Shown here in pieces: positions 37,149 through 53,443 of a stretch of 64,000 nucleotides of DNA. Numbering within the stretch: the stretch's first letter is position 1; the number at the start of each line of letters is the position of its first letter. Below the pieces are notes generated by a model. The model searched no databases. It was not told the DNA's origin and worked only from the letters and a program-made list of their open reading frames with translations. Made by a program: the position numbers and the translations under genes. Source of the DNA: the human T2T-CHM13v2.0 reference genome, Homo sapiens; assembly GCF_009914755.1 (NCBI RefSeq), contig NC_060936.1. One strand, 5' to 3'.

Positions 37149-37849
37149 CATAAAGTGTTGGGACATGATCTATGCCTATGGCTGCTCATTCTCTATGAAA
37201 ATATTTCTTAATCATAACTTCAATTTTTGCTTTTTACCAAACCCAAACAAGGTTGCCTTTGAGTATTTTCTCGTGGTTTCCACCTAGAGAGGGAATGGGG
37301 GAACGTGCGTATTTGAATAAGACGGGAAAAAGATGAGAGGGGCAGCTGGGGACTTGTTCTTCCACCTCCTGCAGACAATCAGTGGTTAAATGTTGTTGTG
37401 CTTTGCTACAAATACAAGCATTTTTTTGTGGGGAGGGAGTAGCAATTTGTAAGGTTAGTTAATTTCAGCTGCTCAGAAATGTTAGGTACTGTTTATAGTT
37501 TATAAAGCAAATTAACAAATAAAAAATACATGTCCCTAAAATATCAAGCTATGAAAGTGTTCATAACAGATACTTCTTCATTATTCCTCTCTTCTTAGTA
37601 GCAGCAAAGGTTTAAGATGATTGAAGCAAGGAAAACTTAAAGGAAACTTTCTCAGCTTAATTGGGAGTTTATGGGCAGTGGTGGTGGTGGGGCGGGGGCG
37701 GTAAAAACTGCCATTCTCCTCTGCACTAGAACACTTAAGCCCAGTTCACAAAACAGAAGCCATCTCCAGGAGTAGAGTTTGGGAAAAAAAAAAAAAAAAA
37801 AAAACAAGAAAAAAACAACTTATATGTAAGGCAACCTCAGGGAGACAGA

Positions 37850-38804
<955 letters not shown>

Positions 38805-39047
38805 TGATCCGCCCGCCTCGGCCTCCCAAAGTACTGGGATTACAGGCTTGAGCCACTGCGCCCGGCCAGTACTTCAGATTTCTAAGACCAGTTTCTGGGG
38901 ATAAATAATTGGAATCACAGAACGCGGCTCGTAGCGTCGTTGCATCAGTATCTTCCCCAACAGCAAATACATGTCAGGAACGGTAAAAAGGAACAAATAC
39001 AGAGACCAAATAAACAAAAGATAGGGAAAAAAAATGAAACAATATGA

Positions 39048-39379
<332 letters not shown>

Positions 39380-39599
39380 TAAGCCAGCGCGCCCGTCCTA
39401 TTTTTATTTTTATTTTTGACAGTGGGTCTCTCCATGTTGCCCAGGCTGGTATCGAACACTTGGGTTCAGTCCATCCTCTTGCGTAGCTGGGACTGCAGGC
39501 GTGCGCCACCGAGTCCGGGCTCTAAGCCAACATTTTTGAGACAGGCTTTCCAGCTAAATGTTAATAAACAGACTAACAGCTTCACTGGGAAAATGGAAG

Positions 39600-39960
39600 G
39601 GAGAGGCCGTAAACGTGCTCCGTAATGTAAATTAGTAGCAGGACCTCCACCGGAGGGCGGCTTATCTAGAAACTGCTTGGGTAATTCTGCTCCCTGATAG
39701 GCCGGGTCTTCCGGTGGAGAACTCCTTTCTTACAGCAGCACCCAAGCGCGGGCTTGGCCACAGAGGCCCTCCACGTGGTTTGAAGTCTTATTTATGACCC
39801 TGACAGCGGGGCTGGGTGTCTAGGGTGGTGGCGGCAGAAACCCTGGAGCCAACACCTTCGACTGCCCGATGCTGGGAGGTCTGGGAACTGGGCCGCTGGC
39901 GCGCTGACGCCCTCTGCGCCTGGTCTTAGCTGTGTCCCCTGCGTCCAGAAGAAAGAATGC
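39600..39960. promoter_or_regulatory. CpG-rich unique element in DPPA3 intron 1 with a CTCF-like motif
   Basis: CCACCGGAGGGCGG at 39647-39660, ATGTAAAT at 39625-39632 and E-box CACGTG at 39772-39777, with retained CpGs. Confidence 0.5.
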
Positions 39961-40509
39961 TGGTCTATATATCCGAGTGGGAAAGAAAAATGAACGTACC
40001 CCCAGTCTCTCCCTTTCCTTGCGTCTGCCTTAGTACCTCACAGTTCCACAAAGGATCCTCGTTTCTATGTGCACAGGTCCCTAGACTTTGAGAATCGATC
40101 TCGAACTTTGATATTGTTTAATACTTTCACATATAGGGGGCAAAAAACAAAACAAAACACACATACACGGGCAGTTAACGATAACCTTCTTATTGTATGA
40201 GATATGCGTATGTATGGGATACGCCTCACAGTTCGGATGGGAGAGACGAGAATGAGTGGTTGATTTCCCAAAATAGAGTTTGAGTGAAGAGATCTAATAC
40301 CATGAAGGAGCTGGGCAACTAAATTAGGGCTAACTGGAGAGGGTAACAGCCACTTACTTCGACTGCCCAGTTTTGCTTAAGGATGAGGATTCTGGGAGAA
40401 AATAGTATATGGGTTTTTCTTGTCTCTTTCACAAGATTCCACAGAATGTACGGTAGGTAATGCTTGTGAGATACTCAGTGGATCTCTTAAGTGTAAGTGA
40501 ACAAAGCTA

Positions 40510-41119
<610 letters not shown>

Positions 41120-41339
41120 TGTTATCATGTGCCCCTGTACAAGTGACTTCTTCCTGCCTTGACTTTCCTTTTTTTTTGAGACGGAGTTTTGCTCTTGTTG
41201 CCCAGGCTGGAGTGCAGTGGCGCAACCTGAGGTCACTGCAAACCTCCGCTTCCCGGATTCAAGCGATTCTCCTGCCTCAGCTTCCCGAGTAGCTGGGATT
41301 ACAGGCATGCACCACCACCACGCCTGGCTAATTTTGTAG

Positions 41340-41658
<319 letters not shown>

Positions 41659-41829
41659 TAACTTTGCGATTTTTGAGAAAAGACTAGAGGTTGTGCGTTG
41701 TTTACTGTGACCTTCCACCCTGAGGAATTTCCCACACAGCGCCCTGTTCCCCTGCTTAAGGGCAGACCTAGTTGATGTGTGAATGTTGAAGATCCCCTTA
41801 ATGTAATGGCTTTTAACCTTCTCTTTCAG

Positions 41830-42074
41830 GGGCCTCTCAAATCTCCTCCGAGACGTTGATAAAGAACCTTAGTAACTTGACTATCAACGCTAGTAGCGAA
41901 TCTGTTTCCCCTCTATCGGAAGCTTTACTCCGTCGAGAGTCTGTAGGAGCAGCAGTCCTCAGGGAAATCGAAGATGAGTGGCTTTACAGCAGGAGAGGAG
42001 TAAGAACATTGCTGTCTGTGCAGAGAGAAAAGATGGCAAGATTGAGATACATGTTACTCGGCGGAGTTCGTACG
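41830..42074 (+). CDS. DPPA3: DPPA3 coding exon 2
   Basis: Acceptor ctctttcag|GG and donor ACG|gtatgt; 245 nt. (G)ASQISSETLIKNLSNLTI...RRGVRTLLSVQREKMARLRYMLLGGVRT, with a leucine-rich NES-like segment and two VRT motifs. Confidence 0.97.
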
Positions 42075-42160
42075 GTATGTTGATGTGATGTGGCCGGGGC
42101 TGTCCAATTCCGGAGAGTGACACTCATAAATTAAGACCTAATTAAGACTCCCTAGCTCTA

Positions 42161-42553
<393 letters not shown>

Positions 42554-42845
42554 TTAATAAAATCAGCCATCTCTACAAAAAATTAATTAGCTGGGTGTAG
42601 TGGTGCGTGCCTGTAAGTCCCAGCTGCTGTGGGGTGGGTGGCTGAGGGCTGAGGCAGCTGGATCACTTGAGCCTGGGGGGTTAAGGCTGCAGTGAGCCAT
42701 GATTGCTCCACTGCAATCCAGCCTGGGCAACAGAGAAAGACCCTGTCTCAACAAATTCCCTAGCTTCTCTCCCTTATATAGATGTGTAATATTAGTAATC
42801 TTTTTCTTGATAGTTTTCAATAAACATATTTTTTTTCCCATGAAG

Positions 42846-42887
42846 CATGAAAGAAGACCAACAAACAAGGAGCCTAAGGGAGTTAAG
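42846..42887 (+). CDS. DPPA3: DPPA3 coding exon 3
   Basis: Acceptor ttttcccatgaag|CAT and donor AAG|gtaagt. 42 nt, HERRPTNKEPKGVK. Confidence 0.96.
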
Positions 42888-43612
42888 GTAAGTATAATTT
42901 TTTTCTTTTTATTTTCCTTTTTTTTTTTTTTGGCTATATATGTGGATGGGTATCTGGTTTGTTTCCTTTTGCCGGAATAGGGAATTAGGGAATTTGCTTG
43001 GACTTTCTGAATCCCCAGGGACTCTGGATAAGTCAGTTCATGTTTGTAGTTTTTAAAAATATATTCTTTATTCTTTATTTTTCAGAGAAGTTTTATGTTC
43101 ATAGCCTTTCCCCCACACCCCACACATGCCGCCTCTACTGTCAACGTCACACACCAGAATTGCACACTTTGCAGCTGATGAACTTACCCTGACAGGATTA
43201 TCATCCAGAGTTCATAGTTTACACTAGGGGTCACTCTTGGTGTTAGGTTGATATTTGTGCTGTCACAAATATCTTCACGGTAGCACTGTATAGTAAGAGG
43301 ACAAACACTTCAGCAGAGTGTCTAGCAGCAGAATGAGTTACATTTAAGGCATTCAGAGAACGGAGACTAGAATGTTTTATTGACAGTCTGCACTTGTTAC
43401 CATTACAAAATGACCCACAAGCTGCCATTCTGTGGTACCCATATTTTGATCTTTTTTTCTCCTAAAATGTTTTGCTTTTGGCCCGTGTGTCCTTTTTTGT
43501 GTGTGTTCCCTGTTCCAACACTTACCAAAATAAACAACATTATAGTTGAGGGCTTATTACATTTCTCTGGGGTACAATATTCCAATTAATCCATTTCATC
43601 ATTTTTTTTCAG

Positions 43613-43723
43613 AAGGAATCAAGACCATTCAAATGTCCCTGCAGTTTCTGCGTGTCTAATGGATGGGATCCTTCTGAGAATGCTAGAATAGGGAATCAAG
43701 ACACCAAGCCACTTCAGCCATAA
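43613..43723 (+). CDS. DPPA3: DPPA3 coding exon 4
   Basis: Acceptor ttttttttcag|AAG. KESRPFKCPCSFCVSNGWDPSENARIGNQDTKPLQP then TAA at 43721-43723. Spliced total is 159 aa. Confidence 0.97.
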   Translation, partial: KESRPFKCPCSFCVSNGWDPSENARIGNQDTKPLQP

Positions 43724-44173
43724 ATCTTATTCTTGCACCTTTTTTTCTTGCTAGTAATTTTATATAGCAGGTTGAGAAAGCTACTCTATGCTAGTATAGA
43801 CTATACACCAATAATTTTGATAATGAGTTCTAGGATGTATTTTTCTTGTATCTTTTTCTTCCTACTATGATACTAGTAATTCATAAGGGATCTGTGTAAT
43901 CTGAATGTATTTGAATAACTTTAGCTCTACTGTTTGATTAGACCCAAAGAAGCCAAGACGATATAAGTATTCCCATGTGTCTTAGAAGCCCAAAGTCAGT
44001 GAGATGAAACCCAACATCAAGAAATTGAAGCAAAGTTACTTATGGATAAAGAAAGCATTAGGTAGTTGGGCTATAGCATAATTAGATTTTCTGGCTTTCA
44101 AAAATTTGGATTGCAATCACAGCAAACTTTGTTATTTTTACAGTTTTCAGTACAAAAGTGTTTATATAGAAAC

Positions 44174-44179
44174 AATAAA
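44174..44179 (+). terminator. DPPA3: DPPA3 polyadenylation signal AATAAA
   Basis: AATAAA about 450 nt after the stop, followed by T-rich downstream sequence. Confidence 0.8.
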
Positions 44180-44439
44180 GTTGACATTTGAGTACCTTTT
44201 AAAAATTGTTCTTGATTTTATTCTTTTTCTTACTAACAATTAGATGAACAATAGTTTTATTACATTTCTAGAATGTAAATATCTGGCATTCTAATATTTT
44301 ATATCTTCCCACTGGGAAGAAACTTCATTGTACATTTGGGTGAGATTGGAAAACACAGGCACAGATAGTTGCAAATATCAACTTCCCATTAGAGATGTGA
44401 AAATTGGAAGGAGGTAGAACAGAAGTGGAGCTTACTACG

Positions 44440-45497
44440 TTGTTGATAGGAAATATGCAGGGGTCCTCACACCAGGCAAGCAATTCTTTTTTGTTTGTTT
44501 GGTTTTCTGAGACAGTTTCGCTCTTGTAGCCCAGGCTGGAGTGTGATGGCACTATCTCAGCTCACTGCAACCTCCGCCTCCTGAGTTCAAGCGATTCTCT
44601 TGCCTCAGCCTCCTGAGTAGCTGGGATTACAAGCACCTGCCACCACGCCTGGCTAATTTGTGTATTTTTAGTAGAGACAGGGTTTCACCATACTGGCCAG
44701 GCTGGTCTGGAACTCCTGACTTCAGATGATCTGCCCGCCTTGGCTTCCCAAAGTGCTGGGATTACAGGTGTAAGCCACGGCACCTGGCCTCCAAGCAAGC
44801 AATTCTGCCATAGATATCAGCTGGGTGTCTAATTCAATTCCAGCACTGTCTACCTGGAAATAGCTCCAGATCTTACAGGTTGAAGGCTCAGTCCCACCAG
44901 ACTGCCTGCACTTCTAATGCTAATCACAAGCTTCAGGTTGTCTTACCTGTGCTTTTGACTGACCAGCTACAAATCAGGGTTCCCTCGACCCCTTGCTTGA
45001 GTTTGATTAATTTGCTCTAGTGGCTCATAGAACTCAGGGAAACACCTTACTTATTGTGAAGGATATTACAAAGGATACAGATGAATAACCAGATGGAAGA
45101 GATGCATAGGGCGAGGTATAGGAGAAAAGACAAGCAGGGTGAACCACCCTTAAGGAGTGTGAAGCTGTCCAGGAGCCCTCAGAACTCCTTTTGTGTTTTT
45201 AGGGAAGCTTCATTAGGTAGGCATGATTGATTACATCACTGGCCATTGGTTTATCAACTCAACCTTCAGCCCCTGTCCCTTCCCCTGGAGGTCCCGGAAT
45301 GGGAGTGAAACTTTCAACCCTCCAATCACTTGGTGGTTTCTCCTGGCAACCTGCCCACATCCTGAGGGTATCTTGGAGCCCCCAGCAAAGCAGTCACCAT
45401 TAGCATACAAAAGTTATCACTCCAGAGATTTTGAAGATTTTAGGAGCTATATGACAGGAAATGGTGACTAAGAACAAATATATTTCATAATATCACA
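44440..45497 (-). mobile_element. MER21-like LTR just downstream of DPPA3, interrupted by an Alu
   Basis: Ends ATAATATCACA (reverse complement TGTGATATTAT). Internal GGCTCAGTCCCAC and AGAACTCAGGGAAACA are typical of MER21. Left boundary approximate. Confidence 0.65.
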
Positions 45498-45762
45498 GGG
45501 AGAATTGGAAAGGATATCTGCATGATATGTAATAACCCAAGAAGATGCTATCCAGTGATTTCTTTGTGGTTTTTGTTTTGTTTTTTGAGATGGGGTCTCA
45601 CTTTGTTGCCCAGGCTGGAGTGCAGGACCACACTGCCAAGTTTGGTCATCAGAAGTTACCCCACTGAAGAACTAAATTTAACATGGTCTACCAGCAAGGA
45701 CAAATGTGGGGCAGATTGAGCATTGGTTATATTTCTTTTTTTTCTTTTTTTTTTTTTTTTGA

Positions 45763-45867
<105 letters not shown>

Positions 45868-46170
45868 TGAGTAGCTGGGATTACAGGCATGTGCCACCAC
45901 ACCCAGATAATTTTGTATTTTTTAGTACAGATAGGGTCTAACCATGTTGGTGGTATCGAACTCCTGACCTCAGATAATCCACCCACTTCAGCCTCCCAAA
46001 GTGCTGGGATTACAGGCATGAGCCACTGTGCCCGGCAGAGCATTTGTTATAACTTACAAATCGTTCCTAGTAGCAAAGCTAACTTTTATTATTTTTCTGT
46101 ATGAGCTTGAAAATCACTGACTAGTTAAAAAAGGCAACTTATTTTTATTGCAATCATGTTAAATTTGTAA

Positions 46171-46563
<393 letters not shown>

Positions 46564-47843
46564 TGAGAGCATCAGTTCAAGTTGCCCTGAATCTTTATGC
46601 TCCCAGTTTACATTTATTGAGTGCTAGGCATTATTCTAAGGACTTTACGTGCATTAGCTTATTTAAACCTCAAAACTTCTGAGATAGGTCACTTTCGGTG
46701 TCTTCATTTTACAGAAAAAAAAAAAAGCACAAAAGTAGTGAACTTGCTCAAAGTTACATAAGAAGTGGCTTATCTGAGATGGAAGTCAGCTAAGCCAAGT
46801 CGGTACTTTCTTCTTTTTTTTTTTTTGAGATGGAGTTTTGCTCTTGTAGCCCAGGCTGTAATGCAATGGTGCAATCTCGGCTCACTGCAACCTCCGCCTC
46901 TTGGGTTCAAGCAATTCTCCTGACCTCTCCCCACGTCGGCTTCCCAAAGTGCTGGGATTACAGGCGTAAGCCACTGCGCCTGGCCCAAGTCGTACTTTGT
47001 ACAGATATCTTCCTCTTCAGATTATATTATGGTGTGTTAAAATATTGCCATTACATTTTTCAACTGGTTGTAATATATGAAAGTTGTTTTTTTTCTATAT
47101 TTACTTATTTGAGCCAGGGTCTCTCTCAGTTGCCCAGGCTGGGAGTGTAGTGAGGCTTGGCTCACTGCAAACTCCACCTCCCGGGCTGAAGCAATCCTCC
47201 CACCTCAGCCTTCTGAGTAGCTAGAACTACAGGCATGAGCCACAATGCCCGGCTAATTTTTTGTATTGTTTGAGGAGACAGAGTTTCACCGTGTTGCCCA
47301 GGCTAACGCTGTTAATTTCTCTATTTGCTGTTCACTCAACATTTTTTGTTTTACTTTAAACTTTTTAAAAAAAAATTTCAAACTACATAAAGTTGCAAGC
47401 TTAAGCTCATAAACCTGTGTGTACATTTTACCTAGATACAACAATTGTTAGCATTAGCCACATTTCATTTAACATTCTATATTTTCTCTTTTTAAACAGA
47501 TATTTGAGAGTAAATTTCAGATAACACTTCATCCCAAAATAGTTTGTGTTTTCTTAGAACAAGAATATTGACTTATATAACCACAGTAGAAGGATAAAAT
47601 TCAAGAAATTTATGGCCAGATGTGGTGACTCATGCCTATAATCTCAGCACTTTTGGTGGCTGAGCCCAGAGATTTGCTTGAGGCCAAGAGTTCGAGACTA
47701 GCCTGGCAACATAGTGAGATCCTAGTCTCTACAAACAAAAAATAAATTAGCCAGGTGTAGTGTTGGGGGCCGGGGGGAAGATGTGGAAGGGATAGGAAGC
47801 GGGAAAGGGGTAGGAAGGGATAGGAAGGGAGGAAATGGGCTAG

Positions 47844-48410
<567 letters not shown>

Positions 48411-49092
48411 ACATATATTTTTCTATATGATGTTAGATAGGGGTCCTATTTAATTCTTTTGCATATGGTTATCTAGCTGTCCAAGCAACATGTGTTGAAA
48501 AGACCATTCTTAAAAAAAAAAATAAATAAATAAAAAATAAAAATAAAAAAAGACCATTCTTTCCCTATTGAGTTGTTAACAATCAATTGACTATTAATGT
48601 GAATGTTTATTTTTGAATTTGCTTATTACATTGATCTATACATTTGTTTATTTATTTATTTATTGAGATGAAGTCTTGCTCTGTTGCCCAGGCTGGAGTG
48701 CAGTGGTGCGATCTTGGCTCATTGCAACCTCCGTCTCCTGGGTTCAAGCGATATCCTGCCTCAACCTCCCGAGTAGCTGGGACTACAGGTGTGTGCCATC
48801 ACGCCGGGCTAATTTTTGTATTTTTAGTAGAGACTGGGTTTCACCATGTTGGCCAGGCTGGTCTTGATCTCCTGATCTCAGGCCATCCGCTCACCTTGGC
48901 ATCCCAAAGTGCTGGGATTACAGGCGTGATCCACCTCACCTGGCCTGATCTATATGTTTGTTTTTATGCCAATATCACACTGTCTTGGTTACTCTTGCTC
49001 TGTGGTACATTTTGAAATCAGGAAGTGTGAGTCTTCCAACTTTATTCTTCTTTTTCAAGTTGTTGAGACTTTATTAATTTAAAATATTATTA

Positions 49093-49255
49093 GGCCGGGC
49101 AAGGTGACATAAACCTGTAGACCCAGCTACTCCTGAGCTGAGGAGGGAGGATCATTTGAGGCCAGGAGTTCGAGGCTGTAGTGCCCTATGATCACACTGT
49201 GAACAGCTGCTGCACTGCAGCCTGGGCAACATAGTGAGGCCCCTTCTCTAAAAAT
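49093..49255 (+). mobile_element. FAM (fossil Alu monomer)
   Basis: Contains the FAM/7SL-type segment GTAGTGCCCTATGATCACACTGTGAACAGCTGCTGCAC, absent from dimeric Alu arms. Confidence 0.7.
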
Positions 49256-49706
49256 AAATTAAAAATAGGCTGGGCACAGTGTCTTACGTCTGCTCTCCCA
49301 GCACTTTGGGAGGCTGAGGCAAGAGGATCACTTGAGCCCAGGAGTTTAAGGCCAGCCTGGGCAACATAGCTAGACCTCATCTTTACAAATAATAAAAAAA
49401 ATTAGCTGGGTGTGGTGGTGTGCACCTGTGGTCCCAGGTACTTGAGAGGCTGAGATCACGGCCCTGCTTGGGCAATAGAGTGAGACCTTGTCTCAAAAAA
49501 TAAAAAATTGTTATAAGGATACTTTGGTTTGATATATCACTTATCAAATTTGTGCTGTGCCATAATGAGATTTCTCATATGCTTGTGGGCTTTTCTCTAT
49601 TCTTTTGAATTCCTTATAAGATTGAGGCCAGGCACAGTGGCTCATGCCTGTAATTCCAGCACTTTGGGAGGCTGAGGCGGGTGGATTACCTGAGGTCAGG
49701 AGTTCA

Positions 49707-49963
<257 letters not shown>

Positions 49964-51520
49964 TCAAAATAGTGAGAGTCTTGGCCAGGCACAGTGGCTC
50001 ACGCCTGTTATCCCAACACTTTGAGAGGCGGAGGCAAGGCAGGTGGATCACCTGAGGTCAGGAGTTCGAGACCACCCTGGCCAACATGGTGAAACCCCGT
50101 CTGTACTAATAATACAAAAATTAGCTGGGCGTGGTGGTGCGTGCCTGTAATCCCAGCTACTCGGGAGTGGGACGCAGGAGAATCACTTGAACCCAGGAGA
50201 CGAGGTTGCAGTGAGCCGAGATCACGCCATTACACTCCAGCCTGGGCAACAAGAGTAAAACTCCATCTCAAAAAAAAAAAAAAAAAAAAAAAAAAAAGGT
50301 GAGAATCTAGTAATAAATATCAGGAAGAAATGGTGTGTGTAACTTGCTAAATGAGAGGTGGTAGATGAGATCTTTCCTATTTCCTGGTTACCAGGACCCA
50401 TAGTCACATTTTAGTTTCAGAGTAACTCCAGCTCAGTTTCCTTCCTGCAGCGTTTGCTAAGGGACACCGTTTTGTAAGATCAGACACAAGAACGTTTTTC
50501 ACTATCAAAAGTAGGCTAGCGATAGGATAAGAGAGTACATTTGGGAGAATGCCGACCTTATGTTACTGATTCCTATCTGCTTTATCTTTTTTTGGGAAAG
50601 GGCAGGGCATTTTATATGTACCCCCTCCTCCTTGCAGGATCAGATGTGACCAAAGTATCTTTGCCCACAAATAAAACTGGAGCTGGTGATTACATCTAAT
50701 CTAATTGCTGAGCCATTGAACCAGCAGAGAGCCTGATAGCCAGGCCTGATGCTGCCGGTTGGTGAGAAAGGAGCGCAGGGTGATGCTAGGCAGAGTGTCT
50801 GCAAACAGCTGGCATTCCCACCATTTGGTGACGCAAGTACAGTTCAGAAAGTGGGTGGAACACAAACCATCTTGTAAGTAACCACCCATGACCTTCCCCC
50901 AACAAGGGACTGCTGGATGAGAATTCCCCAAAAGCAAAAGGTTGTGGGGATGGAGTAAAAGTTTAAGCCTCAGTTCCATTTTTATGACAAAGGACTGGGC
51001 AGAGACCAACACCCATAGAGCTCTCTAAAATCCAATCAATGCAACCCCATGAAACAGCCAAGTTTTAGGCCATTGCCACAGAGAGGAAACTGATGGCTGG
51101 TCAGTGTTGAGAATCCAAAACCACCCCTGACTATCACTGGAATGGGAGAGCTTTGAATCAAGTATAATTCAAACATTTAAAGTGAACATTTACACGTCAA
51201 GTATATATTTTATTACAAATTACTTTTTCATTATAGAGTATTATATTTCTAAATTCTAAACTTAATAACTGAAAGGTTTTTTTAATTTTTTTCTTTTTAT
51301 TCATCATATCCAACCCCAATAAACTGGTTTTTTAAACATTTTTTATTTTTTTGAGGCAAGGTCTTGCTCTATAGCACAGGCTGGAGTGCAGTGACATGGT
51401 CATATCTCACTACACCCTCAACCTCCCAGGCTCAACTGATCCTCCCACGTCAGCCTCCTGACTAGGTGGAACAAAAGGCACACACCACCACACAGAGCTA
51501 ATTTTTAATTTTTTTTGTAG

Positions 51521-51649
<129 letters not shown>

Positions 51650-52055
51650 TAACTGAAAATGACCCAAATATCGTGGAACTGGACTAATATTTCATTAATG
51701 AAGACCTGCTACCCTGGAAAAAAAGGGTTTCACAGACCCCAACGGTAGCAGGTATTGAAATCAACAAAACAATTTCACATTTATATCTTAGTTGAGTTTC
51801 CTCAATCAAACAAGCTTTATGTATATAACTTTAGGTTTCATGCTTCAATATTACATTATAACTTAGGTATCTTGAAATAAATGAAATAGAATTCAATGAA
51901 ATTCGGATTAATCTTTCTACTCTTGTATACTTTCTGTCAAAAGTTACTGTAAGGGCTGGGCGTAGGATTACAGACTCATGCCTGTAATCCTAGCACTTTG
52001 GAAGGCTGAGGAGGGCGGATCACTTGAGGCCAGGAGTTTGAGACCAACCTGGCTA

Positions 52056-52259
<204 letters not shown>

Positions 52260-52263
52260 TTAC

Positions 52264-53009
52264 TGTAATATGCTGAATGGCCCTCAGATATGCCCACACT
52301 CTAATCTCCAGAGCCTGCAAATGTTACCTTATATGGCAAAAAGGACTTTGCAAATGTGATTATTTTAAAGATCTTGAGTCTGGGAGATTGTCAGGATTGT
52401 CCAAGGGGGCCCGGTGTAATCACAATGATCCTTATGAGAGGGACACAGGAGAAGTCAGAGTTAGAGAAGACAGTGTGATCACAGAAGCAGAGATTTTGGA
52501 GAGGCGCTCTCTGAAGGCAGATGAAGTGGCCACAAGCCAAGGAATATAGGTGGCCACTAGAAGCTGGAAAAGTCAAGGAAGCAGATTTTTCTCTCACAGC
52601 CTGCAGAAGGAACTAGCCCTGCTGCCTCCCTGACTTCAGAGAACTGGGTCTCATTTTGGACTTCTGACCTCCAGAACTATAAAAAAAATTAACTTGTGGC
52701 CAGGCACAGTGGCCCACACTGTAATCCCAGCACTTTGCGGGGCCGAGGCAGGTAGATGGCTTGTACCCAGGAGTTCGAGACCAGCTTGGGCAACATGGCG
52801 AAACCCCATCTCTGCCAAAAATACAAAATAGCTGGGCATGTTGGTGCATGCCAGTCCTAGCTACTTGGGAGGCTGAGGTTGCAGAGCTGAGATCATGCCA
52901 CTACACTCCAACCCGGGTGAGAGTGAGTCCGTCTCAAAGAAAAAAATAATTTGTGTTGTTCTAAGCCATTTTGCGTTGATTTGTTACAGCAGGAACAGGA
53001 AACTAATGT
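52264..53009 (+). mobile_element. MaLR LTR (MLT1C/D-like) interrupted by an Alu
   Basis: TATGGCAAAAAGGACTTTGCAAATGTGATTA, GACTTCTGACCTCCAGAACT and TTTGTTACAGCAG...GGAAACTAAT. Confidence 0.7.
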
Positions 53010-53344
53010 GGCTATCAAATGTAATTTTCCCATCTGCTCAGGAGGTGTCCACCTCATAGTGCTGAGCTTGTGTATGAAATGATATTGCACAACAGCAAAT
53101 GTAGATCAGGGGTTCTCAATCCCAGAAACTTAAACATGAGGATATCTGGGGTGAGGCATTTTTTAAAAAGCTCCCTAGGATTCTGATTATAATCTGCAAG
53201 CAAGGCTTAAAACTACTCATAGGGATGGGCAAATGAGAGGAATTGGTTAAGTTGATTTGTAAGAGTTAAACTGATAAATTCTACCTACAGTGGTTAAGGT
53301 GAGGTCAGATCTTTCTGGCTTTTTGTTTTTTTCTTTTGAGATGA

Positions 53345-53443
<99 letters not shown>

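Noticed and set aside
50697-50707. TAATCTAATTG as a DUX4 site
   Set aside because: It lacks the terminal CA of TAAYYYAATCA; kept only as a generic paired-homeodomain-like motif.
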